This document shows positions 30,294 to 41,126 of a DNA stretch of 64,000 nucleotides, one piece after another (the first letter of the stretch is position 1; each line of letters begins with the position of its first letter). Source of the stretch: Sedimentisphaerales bacterium (lineage in GTDB: Bacteria > Planctomycetota > Phycisphaerae > Sedimentisphaerales > SM23-30); assembly GCA_963663805.2 (NCBI GenBank), contig CAXXMR010000012.1, positions 160,001 through 224,000 of the forward strand, given 5' to 3'. The position numbers and the translations under genes were made by a program. The notes beneath the pieces are model-generated. The model worked only from the letters and a program-made list of their open reading frames with translations. It was not told the DNA's origin and ran no database searches.

Positions 30294-30557
30294 AAGTATG
30301 TGAAGAATGAGTGCCAGTAAGATGGCTTCCGGACGGAACTTACAGGGCCTGAAAACAGGTTTCTGTTGAGAAAGTCGGGGGGTAGAGCAAAGTTGGAGTC
30401 TCGTAGGTGTGGGACTTCCTCCTCAGTGTATCCTCAGCTTCACCAGTAAGTTACAGGATATTTTTACCTGCCGGACACCGTATACCCTACGGACAAGAGG
30501 AGATTTCTTGTAGATTGGTAATGAAGTTGCCGGTTTATTTTTACGACAGAATATAAT

Positions 30558-31472
30558 ATGCCCAACGACCTACATACAAAACGCAGTGAGCTGATAAACC
30601 GAGATGACCCCCACTATGAGGGTTTTGAGGTCGTCCGTCGCCTGGGCTATGGCGCGGGAAGCGTCATTTTCGAGGTAAAAAATCTGCGTTCCCATGAGAC
30701 CTTTGCCCTTAAACATGTAGTTCGCAGCGACGATCAGGACAAAAGGCTGATTGAGCAGGTTGAGACCGAGTTTCATATCGCCCAAAAGGTCAATCACCCA
30801 TATATTCGCAAGATTCACGACATTCAGCGCCGCAAGAAGTATCTCCAGACCCGCGAAGTACTTATGCTCATGGAATTTTGTCCCGGCATCAGTCTGGAGC
30901 AGAGTTCCGCCCGCAGTCTGCTGGATATTTTGCTGATTTTCCGCATGGTCGCCGACGGCCTGCAGGGGATGCACAGCAGCGGGGTACTGCATTGCGATAT
31001 TAAGCCCAACAACATTATTATCAGCGAAAGCGGAACCATCAGGATTATCGACTTGGGCCAAAGTTGCCCGATTGGTACGGTCAAGCCGCGTATTCAGGGC
31101 ACCCCGGATTATATCGCACCGGAACAGGTCAAACGCAAGCCACTGACCAAGCAGACCGATGTGTTCAATTTGGGGGCGACGATGTACTGGGCCCTGACCG
31201 GTAAGCATGTACCAACTCTGATTCCCAAGCCGACAGACCGGGTTGAACTGGCGACCATGGACAATACCGGTCCGCCGCCCACGCCGACCCAGTTAAAACC
31301 AAAGATTCCCGTTGGGGTATCCAACCTTATAATGGATTGTGTCCAGAAAGACCCGGCCCGGCGTCCCACGGATATGCCGACTCTAGTCTCACGTCTGGAC
31401 CTGCTGATTCACATGATCGCCGGAGGCCGGCCCACAGCTAACGGCAACGGCAAGAAAAAGCCGCAGCAGTAA
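30558..31472 (+). CDS. Hanks-type Ser/Thr protein kinase (soluble)
   Basis: LGYGAGS, ALK, HCDIKPNN, DLG, GTPDYIAPE, DVFNLG. Confidence 0.93.
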   Translation: MPNDLHTKRSELINRDDPHYEGFEVVRRLGYGAGSVIFEVKNLRSHETFALKHVVRSDDQDKRLIEQVETEFHIAQKVNHPYIRKIHDIQRRKKYLQTREVLMLMEFCPGISLEQSSARSLLDILLIFRMVADGLQGMHSSGVLHCDIKPNNIIISESGTIRIIDLGQSCPIGTVKPRIQGTPDYIAPEQVKRKPLTKQTDVFNLGATMYWALTGKHVPTLIPKPTDRVELATMDNTGPPPTPTQLKPKIPVGVSNLIMDCVQKDPARRPTDMPTLVSRLDLLIHMIAGGRPTANGNGKKKPQQ

Positions 31473-31483
31473 CCAAGAGATAA

Positions 31484-32335
31484 ATGGATTATCAGGAAAT
31501 TATCCAGGCACTGGAAGCAGGTGCCCAGGCGAATATGTCTAACCGCTTCCGCAACGGAAATCTGATTACCTTGTCCTCGCCCGGCCAGGTTGTCATGACC
31601 GGGGATTTGCACGGCAATATCCGCAATTTTGAAAAGCTGATTCGTTTTGCCAATCTTGAGGCAGATAGCGGTAACCACCTTATTTTACACGAACTTATCC
31701 ACGGGGCTAATACAGAAAGTCCCGACCAGTGCCATTCTTACGAGCTGGTGAGCATGGCCGCCCGACTAAAGGCACGTTTTCCCAACCAGATACATTATAT
31801 TCTCGGCAACCACGCCATGGCCCAGGTCACTCGCGAGGAAGTCCTCAAGAACGGCCAGCCCATGGTACGGGCCTTGAATACCGGGATGTACAATACCTTC
31901 GGTGAGCATTCCGGCCAGGTCATGAAGGCCCTGGACCATTTCATTCTGTCTCTGCCGCTGGCAGTGCGGACGGATAATCGCATCTGGATGTCCCATTCAC
32001 TGCCTTCGATGCGGCATTTGCCGGGTTTCGATTCGGATATTTTTCAGCGTCAGCTGACGGTTGTGGATATGAAATCAGACCCGTCGCTGCACGCGTTGAC
32101 CTGGGATCGTGCCCATACACCAAAATGCCTTGAACTGTTGACGGAATGCTTCGAAGCTGATACCTTTATTGTCGGTCATCAGCCGCAGCCGGATGGATGT
32201 TCGGTGCAGCATGACCGGATGATAATATTGGCCAGTGACCATAACCACGGCTGCTATGTGCAGTTTGAACTGGGTCAGCCCTATTCCTGCTCGGAATTGC
32301 ACGGGAAGGTAAAGCCTTTGGCGGGACTGGCTTAG
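31484..32335 (+). CDS. Calcineurin-like metallophosphoesterase
   Basis: GDLHGN, GNH, SHS, VGHQ. Confidence 0.82.
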   Translation: MDYQEIIQALEAGAQANMSNRFRNGNLITLSSPGQVVMTGDLHGNIRNFEKLIRFANLEADSGNHLILHELIHGANTESPDQCHSYELVSMAARLKARFPNQIHYILGNHAMAQVTREEVLKNGQPMVRALNTGMYNTFGEHSGQVMKALDHFILSLPLAVRTDNRIWMSHSLPSMRHLPGFDSDIFQRQLTVVDMKSDPSLHALTWDRAHTPKCLELLTECFEADTFIVGHQPQPDGCSVQHDRMIILASDHNHGCYVQFELGQPYSCSELHGKVKPLAGLA

Positions 32336-32358
32336 AGTATTTTAATAAGGATTTAACC

Positions 32359-32742
32359 ATGAAGAGTCTTGTTTCTCAGTTGCTGATTTTGGTCCTTCTT
32401 GTTTCGGTTTTGGTGTCCTGTGATCGCAAGGAACCCCAGGAAAATCTCGGCAGCTTTGACCCAGCCCTGGACGGAGTAGCGGTCAGACCGATGGTTGCTA
32501 TGGATTTGGAACGGGCTGAACGCATTAAACGTGAAGGTGCTCTGATTGGCACGGAAGACATGCTGACCGAGGACGACCAGGCTGGCGCGGTTCCGGCGCC
32601 GGTTGTATTACCGTCGGCTCCTCCGATGGGCGGCGCTGCCACAACCCCGGCAGCTCCTCCGAGCGGTGGTTTCACAATGCCCGCACCTGCGGCAGCGCCG
32701 GCGCCTGCCTGGGGCAACAACAACGACCCGAACGCTTTCTAA
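32359..32742 (+). CDS. Small Pro/Ala-rich lipoprotein
   Basis: AAGGA RBS, signal peptide with LVSC lipobox, low-complexity tail. Confidence 0.65.
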   Translation: MKSLVSQLLILVLLVSVLVSCDRKEPQENLGSFDPALDGVAVRPMVAMDLERAERIKREGALIGTEDMLTEDDQAGAVPAPVVLPSAPPMGGAATTPAAPPSGGFTMPAPAAAPAPAWGNNNDPNAF

Positions 32743-32753
32743 GTCCACCTCGA

Positions 32754-34716
32754 TTAACGCACGAAGACCTGCCCGCTGTCAGCTACCAGAGTTTGGCCGG
32801 TAATCACCCGTGCCTGCTCAGAACAGAGATAAACGACCGCGTCGGCGATATCCTGTCCCTTGATTTCGCGCCGGAGATATGTCTTATCGACATAGAAGGG
32901 GATAACTTCTTCCGGCCGAATACCATATTTCTTGGCACATACCTTAATATATTCCGGGTTCCAAATTTTCGAACCCTCGAAAACATTGCCCGGACAGACA
33001 TTGTTCACGCGGATACCGTGCGGCCCCAGTTCCATTGCCCAGCCGCGGGCCATGTGAAGCTCGCCGGCCTTGGTGGCATTATAAGGTGTGTTGTTTTTGC
33101 TGGCGTCCAGACCCGACTTGCTGGAGATGTTGACAATGCTGCCGCCCATCTGTTGAGCAATCATTATCCGCGTGGCCGCTTGAGCCATCAGGAAATAGCC
33201 GGTAAGGTTGACCTCCAGAGCGAAACGCCAAGCCTTAACCGGCAAATCCACCAGAGAATAAGCGGGGGCAACCCCAGCGGCATTTACCAGAATATCCAGC
33301 CCGCCCCAGGTGTTGACCAGCTCATTAAAGGCTTCGGCTACACTTTCTTCACTGGTGACATTGCAGGCGACAACTTTTGTTAGAGCGTTGGGCATTTCCG
33401 CAACGATCATTTTCCCGGTTTCTTCGGCGGCTTTGGTGTCAATGTCCGCCAGCGCTACCAATGCTCCCGCCCGTGCCATGCCGATGGCGATACTGCGTCC
33501 GATGCCGCTGCCGCTGCCGGTGACTATGGCGATACGGTCCTTGACAGCGCCTGCACTGGAACGACCTGCCAGTTGACGACGAAAACTTTCAGCCTCCCAC
33601 TGATTAATAAAATCTTCCTGCTTGCGAGTCAGACAGTTAAGCCCGCCAAACACCGCCGCCCACATGCGAATCATAAGTGAACCGGTCGCAATTTCATCAA
33701 CCGTCGCAAGACGTTTGGCATCGCATGCGGCAAACAGTCCGACGTTCTTGACGAAAAAAGTTCCCGCCGGCTTCTGCCCCCGTTCAAGCTGCTTTTTAAG
33801 TTGTGCGGTTATTTTATCTACATCGCACTTTTCCACCCACAAAGCCGGCCCGTCAACATAGGCCAGTTCGTCAGGCGCCAAAGCACCGGCACTCAGAAGC
33901 TGTTTGCCGTCTTTGCGATTAAGAAATGCGGTAACCATGTCATTTTCAATTTGCCAGATGGGCATGTACGCACCGGTTGCCTGAAAATATGCTTTACGAA
34001 TCGCCAGACGACTTTGGGTGACGATTTCCGCGTCAACGACTTTTGCCCGCGGAATTTTTATTTCCTTTAATTTGCCGGCACAGGCATCGATTACGGTTTT
34101 GACCAGCCGCAGCGCCTTTGCGCGAGTGTCGGCAGTGACAAACACGCCGTGTTTTTCCAGAAACAGAATCGCCGGCTTACGGCCATGCTCATTTTCGTAG
34201 GCCCTTACCATACTATGCAGCTTGCGAGCCAGCGTATAGCCCGGATTAACATAGGGAACCCACAACGCCGGATATTTTTCATTTTTGAAAATCTTCTCGA
34301 AAAGCAACCGCCCGTTTTTAGCGTTTACATAAGCACTAACCATAAGCGGATGAAGATGGATTATATAGGTGTCCAGCATCGCGTGAAGCGGTGACTCGAT
34401 GGAAGGCCTGGCTCCGGCGGTCGTATCATCGTCGCAGGCGTCCAGCAGCATCTTCACGACCTTGCCTTCCTGAGCCTGCTCATCGAGTGCGGCAAGTTTT
34501 TTGTCTTGAATGACGGCGTTGACCTTTTCGAGTTTCACTCGCCGCCAGCCGCGCGATTCATCCATATCTTTCAATGCGGTACCGCTGGCCTTGATATACA
34601 TATAATCGCCGTCGGGAGTCTTGACCGAGGTGTTGCCCCCCCCCGCCCTGTACGAGCATAGGGTCTTTGCCGACCTTGCGTGAAATCTCAATTAAATCCG
34701 CCAGTGCCTTTTCCAT
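32754..34716 (-). CDS. Bifunctional class II aldolase / short-chain dehydrogenase (frameshifted near the 5' end)
   Basis: ATG 34716 gives MEKALADLIEISRKVGKDPMLVQGGGG and joins NTSVKT only if the C9 run (34636-34644) is C8. PSIE..LH, HLHP and KHG, then TGSGSGIG and YNATK. Confidence 0.85.
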
Positions 34717-34761
34717 CTTATTTCCTTCTATACTTATAAACTTCCGATTTAATCTCTTGCA

Positions 34762-36420
34762 CTATCTGCCCAGCAGAACATTTTCGGCTTCTTTGTTCCA
34801 ACGACCGTCATTTAGTTTTTCCGCTACGTCCGGGCGAACTTCTTGAAGCTTGTCCAGAGTTGTCAGCCCTAACCCTTTGCAGGCGGGATAGCAAATAATC
34901 TTGCCGACTATCTGTTGTTTTTCAACCGCGCGAATGCCGTCGATCGCACCTTCCAGGCCACAGATCGCACCTGCCGAAAGATTTGTATCCAGCCGATGTG
35001 ATTGAACCTTCTCCAGCACAACCTTCATATCGTCCAGCGTCGAACCGCTCGTGCCGATAAAATACATGCCTCTTTCAATATAGGTGTCGAGGTCGATGTT
35101 GCCGCTGACCGAAGCGGGAATACCCGCGAAGATGTTAATTCGCGCGTTTTGACCACTACGCTTGACCGCCGCCGCCACAAGCTGCGGGATGGGTGCCATG
35201 ACAGCGATATAATCAAACATTTCGTCGATAGTTTCCTTTTTCGGATTATAGGGGCGATAGGTCAGATTGTTTTTCGCGGCAAGTTCCGTGCAGATACTGC
35301 TCAGATTCGCAAGTCTGCCGTCGTCGAGGTCGCCGGCGAAAACAGTGACACCTTCAACACCCTGGCACAGATTGCGAATAACATGCATTACGCCCATAGG
35401 CCCGCCCGCTCCCACAACGTCGATTTTGTCGTTAGGCTGAATCTCACCGGTGGAGGGGATGGTCTTCATCGCGTCGGCAGGGTTGTCGCCCGCCGTACCA
35501 ATGATGCGTATACCACCGTAGTGAGTCCTGCCCACCATAGTCGCAACGTCCCGCCCAAATCTGCCGCCGCACTGAACAATATTCAGCAGACCGTGGATAG
35601 CAACCTTGGCGAAAAGTTTCTCGGCGGTTTCCGCCCGGCTGCCGAAGTAAATTATATCGTCACAGCTTTCATCCTTAACCTCATCCAGACTTTTAATTGA
35701 CGTGGTTTCAATCCCCGGATTCGCCGGTGCGTCCCCTCCGCCCAGCCAGAAAATCCTGCCCGGGTTACCATATTCAGCGAACAGTTTGCTCAGCACATCG
35801 TTCGCCGGAGATTTGTCCGCGACGATAAGCATCTGGCCGTTCGCTTTGATAGTTTGGCGTTCGACGACCACATAAGAATCCTCTACGCACGCCCACGGCT
35901 CTACCAGCGCGATGGCCGCTGCGGAAAAATCATCCGAGGCGGGAATGAGCATCGACTCTCCATTCGGTGCGATAATGACCCGTTCGTCCATGAGTACGTA
36001 TTCCTGAAGGGCACCTTCGAAATTATACCCGAACGAACCGTTGCTGTTATCGGTAGGAATCCAGCGATAGTCGGTCTGAACCAGATAGCGTTCGCCGACT
36101 TTCACATCCGTAACTTTATCACCGACCGCGGCAATCTGCACTACCGCCTCGTGACCCGGCACAGTGGGTTCAGCGTCGGGTACGTAACTGGGGATTTCTT
36201 TTAATATCTCAAGGTCGATACCGGAATTGATTTTCGTCTTGCGGGCGTGTTTGGAAAACTGCTTGAGCAGCTTCAGGTCACTAAAGCACAAACCCACCGC
36301 TTCGACATGCCCCAGAATTTGATATGGGCCGGGCTGAAATACCTCCTTGTTTAAATTAAGAGTGAGCTCATCCGGGCCGATAAGTTGTACCGCGGTTTGT
36401 TTTTGGGGGATGGTAGTCAT
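34762..36420 (-). CDS. Zn-dependent medium-chain dehydrogenase (sorbose-1-phosphate reductase-like)
   Basis: GLCFSDLK, VPGHE, ALVEPWACV, VGAGGPMG, IGTSGS. Confidence 0.75.
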   Translation of the reverse strand: MTTIPQKQTAVQLIGPDELTLNLNKEVFQPGPYQILGHVEAVGLCFSDLKLLKQFSKHARKTKINSGIDLEILKEIPSYVPDAEPTVPGHEAVVQIAAVGDKVTDVKVGERYLVQTDYRWIPTDNSNGSFGYNFEGALQEYVLMDERVIIAPNGESMLIPASDDFSAAAIALVEPWACVEDSYVVVERQTIKANGQMLIVADKSPANDVLSKLFAEYGNPGRIFWLGGGDAPANPGIETTSIKSLDEVKDESCDDIIYFGSRAETAEKLFAKVAIHGLLNIVQCGGRFGRDVATMVGRTHYGGIRIIGTAGDNPADAMKTIPSTGEIQPNDKIDVVGAGGPMGVMHVIRNLCQGVEGVTVFAGDLDDGRLANLSSICTELAAKNNLTYRPYNPKKETIDEMFDYIAVMAPIPQLVAAAVKRSGQNARINIFAGIPASVSGNIDLDTYIERGMYFIGTSGSTLDDMKVVLEKVQSHRLDTNLSAGAICGLEGAIDGIRAVEKQQIVGKIICYPACKGLGLTTLDKLQEVRPDVAEKLNDGRWNKEAENVLLGR

Positions 36421-36437
36421 TTAATTTCCTGTGAGTC

Positions 36438-37769
36438 TTAGGCTAGTTTTGCCAGAATATTTTTGGGCTCAGTATCGCTGTCGATACCCGCCAGAACACT
36501 TTCATTTTGGGGGTTAAGTTTCACGCCGACACTTTCATAAAAATCGTTACGCTGCTTGAGATCAGGCAGTCTTTCACTTGCCCACTTGCTGGTATAACCC
36601 AGCAAGCTTTGCTGTTGCAGAACCGAATGACCGTAAACAATATTAGCACCCCTGAGAAAAACCGGGACGTGAACAGCCAGTTCAGCCGCTTCAAAATTAT
36701 CGCGAAATTTCTGGCCCGGACTGTTCATTTCCGTGCCTACGATAATGGGCAAATTACGTTCCTGAGCGATAGCGATAACCTGATTAAGATTCTCAAGTTT
36801 TTTGTCTTTTACGCCCGGCGTAAAATTACGGTCCGGGATAATATTGATTGCCGCTGTCCCGCTGTTCATCGCTACGTCGAGCAGTTCTTCGATAACCTGT
36901 TCACCGTTGGATAAACCGTTCAGCCAGGCCAGAGTCGGTATTCCGCCCGCGGCGAGAATAAATTCATTCATTTCAGCCATTTGGGGAAACGACCCTTCGC
37001 CCGGCTGGACATAACCCACCCCGCCCTGTTTCATGGTCTTGGCACGAATCGCGTTAATCAGGTCGCCGCCTTCGGGCAAAGTAAGTTTAGTTGCGTCAGT
37101 CCCTAATTTCTCAGTCCAGAACTTCGCCAATTCCACGGTATCAGAAAAAACCTCCTGAGCTTTACGGGCATAGGCCAGACAAAGATGACGCTCGGTGGGA
37201 TTGCCCGCCGGAGTAAGCGGCATAATATCCTTCTCGTTATCCAGCCGCACCAGGTCAAGATAATCATTCACCCGTTCCATCAATGAGATATTACGCTGCT
37301 GAGCCATTTGCCGCAGGTCGGCAAGAAAAATCGCACCCGACCCCGACAATTTACTGCTCGGAAAACCAACTCCCATGTGATACGTAATCCCCGGTTCGCC
37401 CGGCGAGGACATTTCCCGCTCGGCAAACTCCGGGACATAGACTCGCGTTTCAATTCCCACGGCACCTTTAAGACCCAGCATTCGGGCCGCCGCGAGAAAT
37501 TCTTCCAGGCTGTCCAGCACATCAAAATCCACCGTACCCGCCGCCGCCAACCCTTCCTTGCGGGCCAGCCACGCGTATTTGCTCGGACTGTAGCCATAAG
37601 CGTTATAGGAATAAAACGTATGACCATGCAGATTGACGTATTGTGAAGGTTCCGGCAGGGTGATTTGGCCGCCGGCGACCAGAGAAACAAGTTCAGCCAA
37701 AGCACTCTGACGCTGGGCGGAATCGAAACTGTCGAGCTGTTGTTCCAGTTTTTCTATTTTATCAGTCAT
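36438..37769 (-). CDS. PHP-domain protein
   Basis: VNLHGHTFYS, TVDFD, GIE, GTEMN. Confidence 0.65.
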   Translation of the reverse strand: MTDKIEKLEQQLDSFDSAQRQSALAELVSLVAGGQITLPEPSQYVNLHGHTFYSYNAYGYSPSKYAWLARKEGLAAAGTVDFDVLDSLEEFLAAARMLGLKGAVGIETRVYVPEFAEREMSSPGEPGITYHMGVGFPSSKLSGSGAIFLADLRQMAQQRNISLMERVNDYLDLVRLDNEKDIMPLTPAGNPTERHLCLAYARKAQEVFSDTVELAKFWTEKLGTDATKLTLPEGGDLINAIRAKTMKQGGVGYVQPGEGSFPQMAEMNEFILAAGGIPTLAWLNGLSNGEQVIEELLDVAMNSGTAAINIIPDRNFTPGVKDKKLENLNQVIAIAQERNLPIIVGTEMNSPGQKFRDNFEAAELAVHVPVFLRGANIVYGHSVLQQQSLLGYTSKWASERLPDLKQRNDFYESVGVKLNPQNESVLAGIDSDTEPKNILAKLA

Positions 37770-37850
37770 TACCTATCCTGTTATAATTCCAGTATAACTA
37801 CTTCAGTGCGGTAGAAAACCCCCTTCTCAATATTTTTTACAAATGGAAGT

Positions 37851-39323
37851 TTATCCTAACTTCGCCTGTTCATAAGCGTGCTGCCATTCCCGCTGGTCTT
37901 GCGGTGTATATTCCCTCAAACAGTACGACCGCTCCACGAGTTTTCGGCCTTCAGCCAGCGAACCAATTTGCCCCGTGGCTATTGCCTGCATCAGCACATT
38001 ACCCGTTGCGGTCGCTTCTATCGGGCCGGCAATTACCTTTCGACCGGTAGCATTAGCTGTCAGTTGGCAGAGCAGTTCATTTTGAATACCACCACCGACC
38101 ACATGCAACACCTCAATTTTACGACCTGTCGCCTGCTCCAATTTTTCCAGGGCCCAGCGATAACGCAAGGCCAACCCTTCCAGCACCACCCGCACCAACT
38201 GTCCCTTATCCTCAAATACCGGCTGCCCGTTTTGTTTAAGGTACGTGTTTACCCGGTTGGGCATATCACCCGGCGCGAAAAAATCACCCGCGTTCGGGTC
38301 GATAAACGCCGCGAACGGTTGGGCTGCCTGAGCCATCTCGGTTATTGCGCCATAAGAAAGCTCTAACCCGTCACGCTGCCATTGACGACGACATTCCTGT
38401 ACAATCCACAACCCCATGATATTTTTCAGCAGGCGAATCGTACCGCAAACCCCACCCTCATTGGTAAATTGAAAATCATAGGTAGTATCGTTAATCGCCG
38501 GTGTAGGGCTTTCCACCCCGATAAGGCTCCACGTACCGCTGGACAGATAAGCCCAGTTTGATGACTTGTCGGCTGGAACCGCCGCCACCGCGTCAGCCGT
38601 ATCATGCGAACCCGCCGCAATAACCGGTATCTGTTCACAACCCAGCTCCGCGGCAATTTCCGCTGTCAGCTTGCCGACAATCGTACCCGCCGGAACAACA
38701 CGAGGCATAATTTCAACCGGCAAGCCCAGCTTGTCGAATATTTCCAACTCCCATTTGCCCGTTTGCATATTCAGCAGTTGCGACGTACTGGCCAGACTGT
38801 ATTCACAGAAAATCTCGCCGCAAAGGAAATACGAAACCAAATCCGCCATCATTACCAGATGTTTAGTTTTTGCCAGAGCTTCGTCACCGCTCAGCTTCAT
38901 CGAAAACAATTGATAAATAGTATTCAGCTGCATAAACTGGATACCGGTCAGGTCATAAATCCTCCGCCGGCCCATAATCTTAAAAGCCTCTTCCTCCATG
39001 CCGTCCGTGCGACCGTCACGATAATGATAAGGCATCTCCAGCAATTGACCGTCCGCCCCCAACAGCCCATAATCAACACCCCAGCTATTGACCGCGATAC
39101 CGGAAACCGGCCCGGCCTGTTTGACCGCCCGACCGATACCGTCTTTTATATTGCCGAACAGCTTAGCAAAATCCCAGCGCAGGGGCCCCTCAACCTCAAC
39201 CGGCCCGTTACCGAACCGATGAATTTCCTCCAACGTCAATTTCTCATCCGATACCGTCGAAAGCATTACCCGCCCGCTTTCGGCCCCAAGGTCTACAGCT
39301 ATATAAGTACGTGGACTGCCCAT
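37851..39323 (-). CDS. Rhamnulokinase-family (FGGY) sugar kinase
   Basis: AVDLGAESGR, WGVDYGL, YRDGRT, HDTA, SSGTWSL, TNEGG, LKNIMGLW. Confidence 0.9.
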   Translation of the reverse strand: MGSPRTYIAVDLGAESGRVMLSTVSDEKLTLEEIHRFGNGPVEVEGPLRWDFAKLFGNIKDGIGRAVKQAGPVSGIAVNSWGVDYGLLGADGQLLEMPYHYRDGRTDGMEEEAFKIMGRRRIYDLTGIQFMQLNTIYQLFSMKLSGDEALAKTKHLVMMADLVSYFLCGEIFCEYSLASTSQLLNMQTGKWELEIFDKLGLPVEIMPRVVPAGTIVGKLTAEIAAELGCEQIPVIAAGSHDTADAVAAVPADKSSNWAYLSSGTWSLIGVESPTPAINDTTYDFQFTNEGGVCGTIRLLKNIMGLWIVQECRRQWQRDGLELSYGAITEMAQAAQPFAAFIDPNAGDFFAPGDMPNRVNTYLKQNGQPVFEDKGQLVRVVLEGLALRYRWALEKLEQATGRKIEVLHVVGGGIQNELLCQLTANATGRKVIAGPIEATATGNVLMQAIATGQIGSLAEGRKLVERSYCLREYTPQDQREWQHAYEQAKLG

Positions 39324-39502
39324 GGTTACTCCTACTATGGTGTACTCCTACTTCATAGTTTGAAGTTCCCGCTCTATCGCGGAAATACACTATCAGTTTA
39401 ACCGAAGCGTTATGTCAGGTCAATATACCTGTTGGTTTGTTTCTTGACTAAACGCCCAAGAAAGGTTATTTTTACTCGTAACTCATTTAAGGAGCAATAC
39501 CT

Positions 39503-40147
39503 ATGTTGTTCGTCTCCCGACAGAAAAAAGTCGAGTCTCTCGCTTCAGACTACTGCAAAGCTGTCCTTCAGGCCCTTCAGGTCTTTCATGACGGCCTCTT
39601 GAGCTATTCCCAGACCGGCGACCGGCAAAAGCTCGGCCAGGATCTCAATATGGTCCATCGCTTCGAGAGTTCCGCCGACGATATCCGAACCGAAATTGAG
39701 GTGATGATGTACAGCAAATCTATCTTCCCGGAATCACGCGGCGATATTCTGCTGCTGCTGGAAATGATTGACCGCGTACCCAACCAGGCTGAAACCGCCA
39801 TCCGCATGCTCTGGACCAATCATATAACCATTCCCGAATTCCTTCAGGATGGTATTATGAAATTGCTGGCACTAACCTTACGCAGCACCGAAGTACTTAT
39901 CGAAGCCGTCGAACAGCTTTTTTCCGATTTCGCCGGTACGATGGCCATCGTCGGCAAAATCGACGAAATCGAAAGCGAAGCCGACAACATTGAAGGTTCT
40001 CTTGTCGAGCGGGTTTTCTCCTCAGAACTTGACGGATTCCAGAAAATACTGCTCCGGGATTTTATCGGCAGTACCGGCGCCATACCCGACCGCGCCGAAA
40101 ATGCCGGGGACCGCATCCGTATTATTGTCGCCAAGAGGAGCGTATAA
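39503..40147 (+). CDS. DUF47 (TIGR00153) phosphate transport regulator
   Basis: Duplicated ES.AD motif, FPESRGD, adjacent to a Pit transporter. Confidence 0.85.
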   Translation: MLFVSRQKKVESLASDYCKAVLQALQVFHDGLLSYSQTGDRQKLGQDLNMVHRFESSADDIRTEIEVMMYSKSIFPESRGDILLLLEMIDRVPNQAETAIRMLWTNHITIPEFLQDGIMKLLALTLRSTEVLIEAVEQLFSDFAGTMAIVGKIDEIESEADNIEGSLVERVFSSELDGFQKILLRDFIGSTGAIPDRAENAGDRIRIIVAKRSV

Positions 40148-40148
40148 G

Positions 40149-41111
40149 ATGATAAGTCTTATTGCTCTGGCACCGCTGGCAGGCGGCGTGTTTCTCGGCT
40201 GGACACTTGGTTCCAATGACGCCGCCAATGTTTTTGGTACTGCCGTGGCGGCGCGGGTACTCACCTACCGACGGGCTACGTTGATTTGCGCCCTGTTTGT
40301 CATTCTTGGGGCATCTCTCCAAGGGGCCGCCGGAATCCATACCCTTGGCGGGCTCAGCCAGCAAACGATGAGTACGCTGGTGATAACTTCACTTGCCGCC
40401 GCGATAACCGGGACGGCCATGACCGTAATACGCCTGCCCATCAGCATGTCGCAGGCGATTGTCGGGGCTATTGCCGGTATTGGCCTGGCTACCAACAGCA
40501 TGAACTGGCACAGCCTCGGCAATGTCGTCATCTGCTGGGTCGCCACCCCGCTGTGTACCATGATTATAGCGGCCGTTTTTTATTGGGTGCTGGGCTATCT
40601 CCTGACCCATATCCCCATGAGCATGTTGACCCGCGACAAAATCCTCTGGTCAGGCCTGATTGTCGTCGGCTCTTATGGCTCTTATGCCCTCGGGGCCAAC
40701 AATGTTGCCATTGCTACCGGTATTTTTTCCGGCCAGTTCGAGCGATTAAGCGATACTTATCTCGCCCTTATCGGGGGAATGGCCATTGCTTTCGGTGTGA
40801 TAAGCTACAGCAAAAGAGTTATGCTTTCGGTTGGTTCGGGAATTATACCGCTTGATGCGTTTACCGCCCTGGTGGCGGTCGCTTCGATGGCCTTGACGGT
40901 CCATGTCTTCGCTTTTTTAGGTGTTCCTGTTAGTACCAGCCAGGGCATCATTGGCAGTATCGTCGGCATCGGCCTGATTCGCCGCAGCAATGCTATCAAT
41001 CTGCGAAATTTACGTAATATCGCCTTTGGATGGCTTATGACCCCTCTGACAGCACTCATTCTTGCCGCCGCCGCTTACGCTATTTTCATCGATAGTGGTG
41101 TGATGAAATGA
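40149..41111 (+). CDS. Inorganic phosphate transporter, PiT family
   Basis: GSNDAANVFGTAV, PISMSQ, GANNVA, PVSTSQ. Start re-called at 40149. Confidence 0.9.
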   Translation: MISLIALAPLAGGVFLGWTLGSNDAANVFGTAVAARVLTYRRATLICALFVILGASLQGAAGIHTLGGLSQQTMSTLVITSLAAAITGTAMTVIRLPISMSQAIVGAIAGIGLATNSMNWHSLGNVVICWVATPLCTMIIAAVFYWVLGYLLTHIPMSMLTRDKILWSGLIVVGSYGSYALGANNVAIATGIFSGQFERLSDTYLALIGGMAIAFGVISYSKRVMLSVGSGIIPLDAFTALVAVASMALTVHVFAFLGVPVSTSQGIIGSIVGIGLIRRSNAINLRNLRNIAFGWLMTPLTALILAAAAYAIFIDSGVMK

Positions 41112-41126
41112 GTTTTAACTAAACTT

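Noticed and set aside
39392..39420. dif-like site (TTATGTCAGGT)
   Set aside because: Only a partial XerD-like arm; no matching XerC arm at 6-bp spacing.
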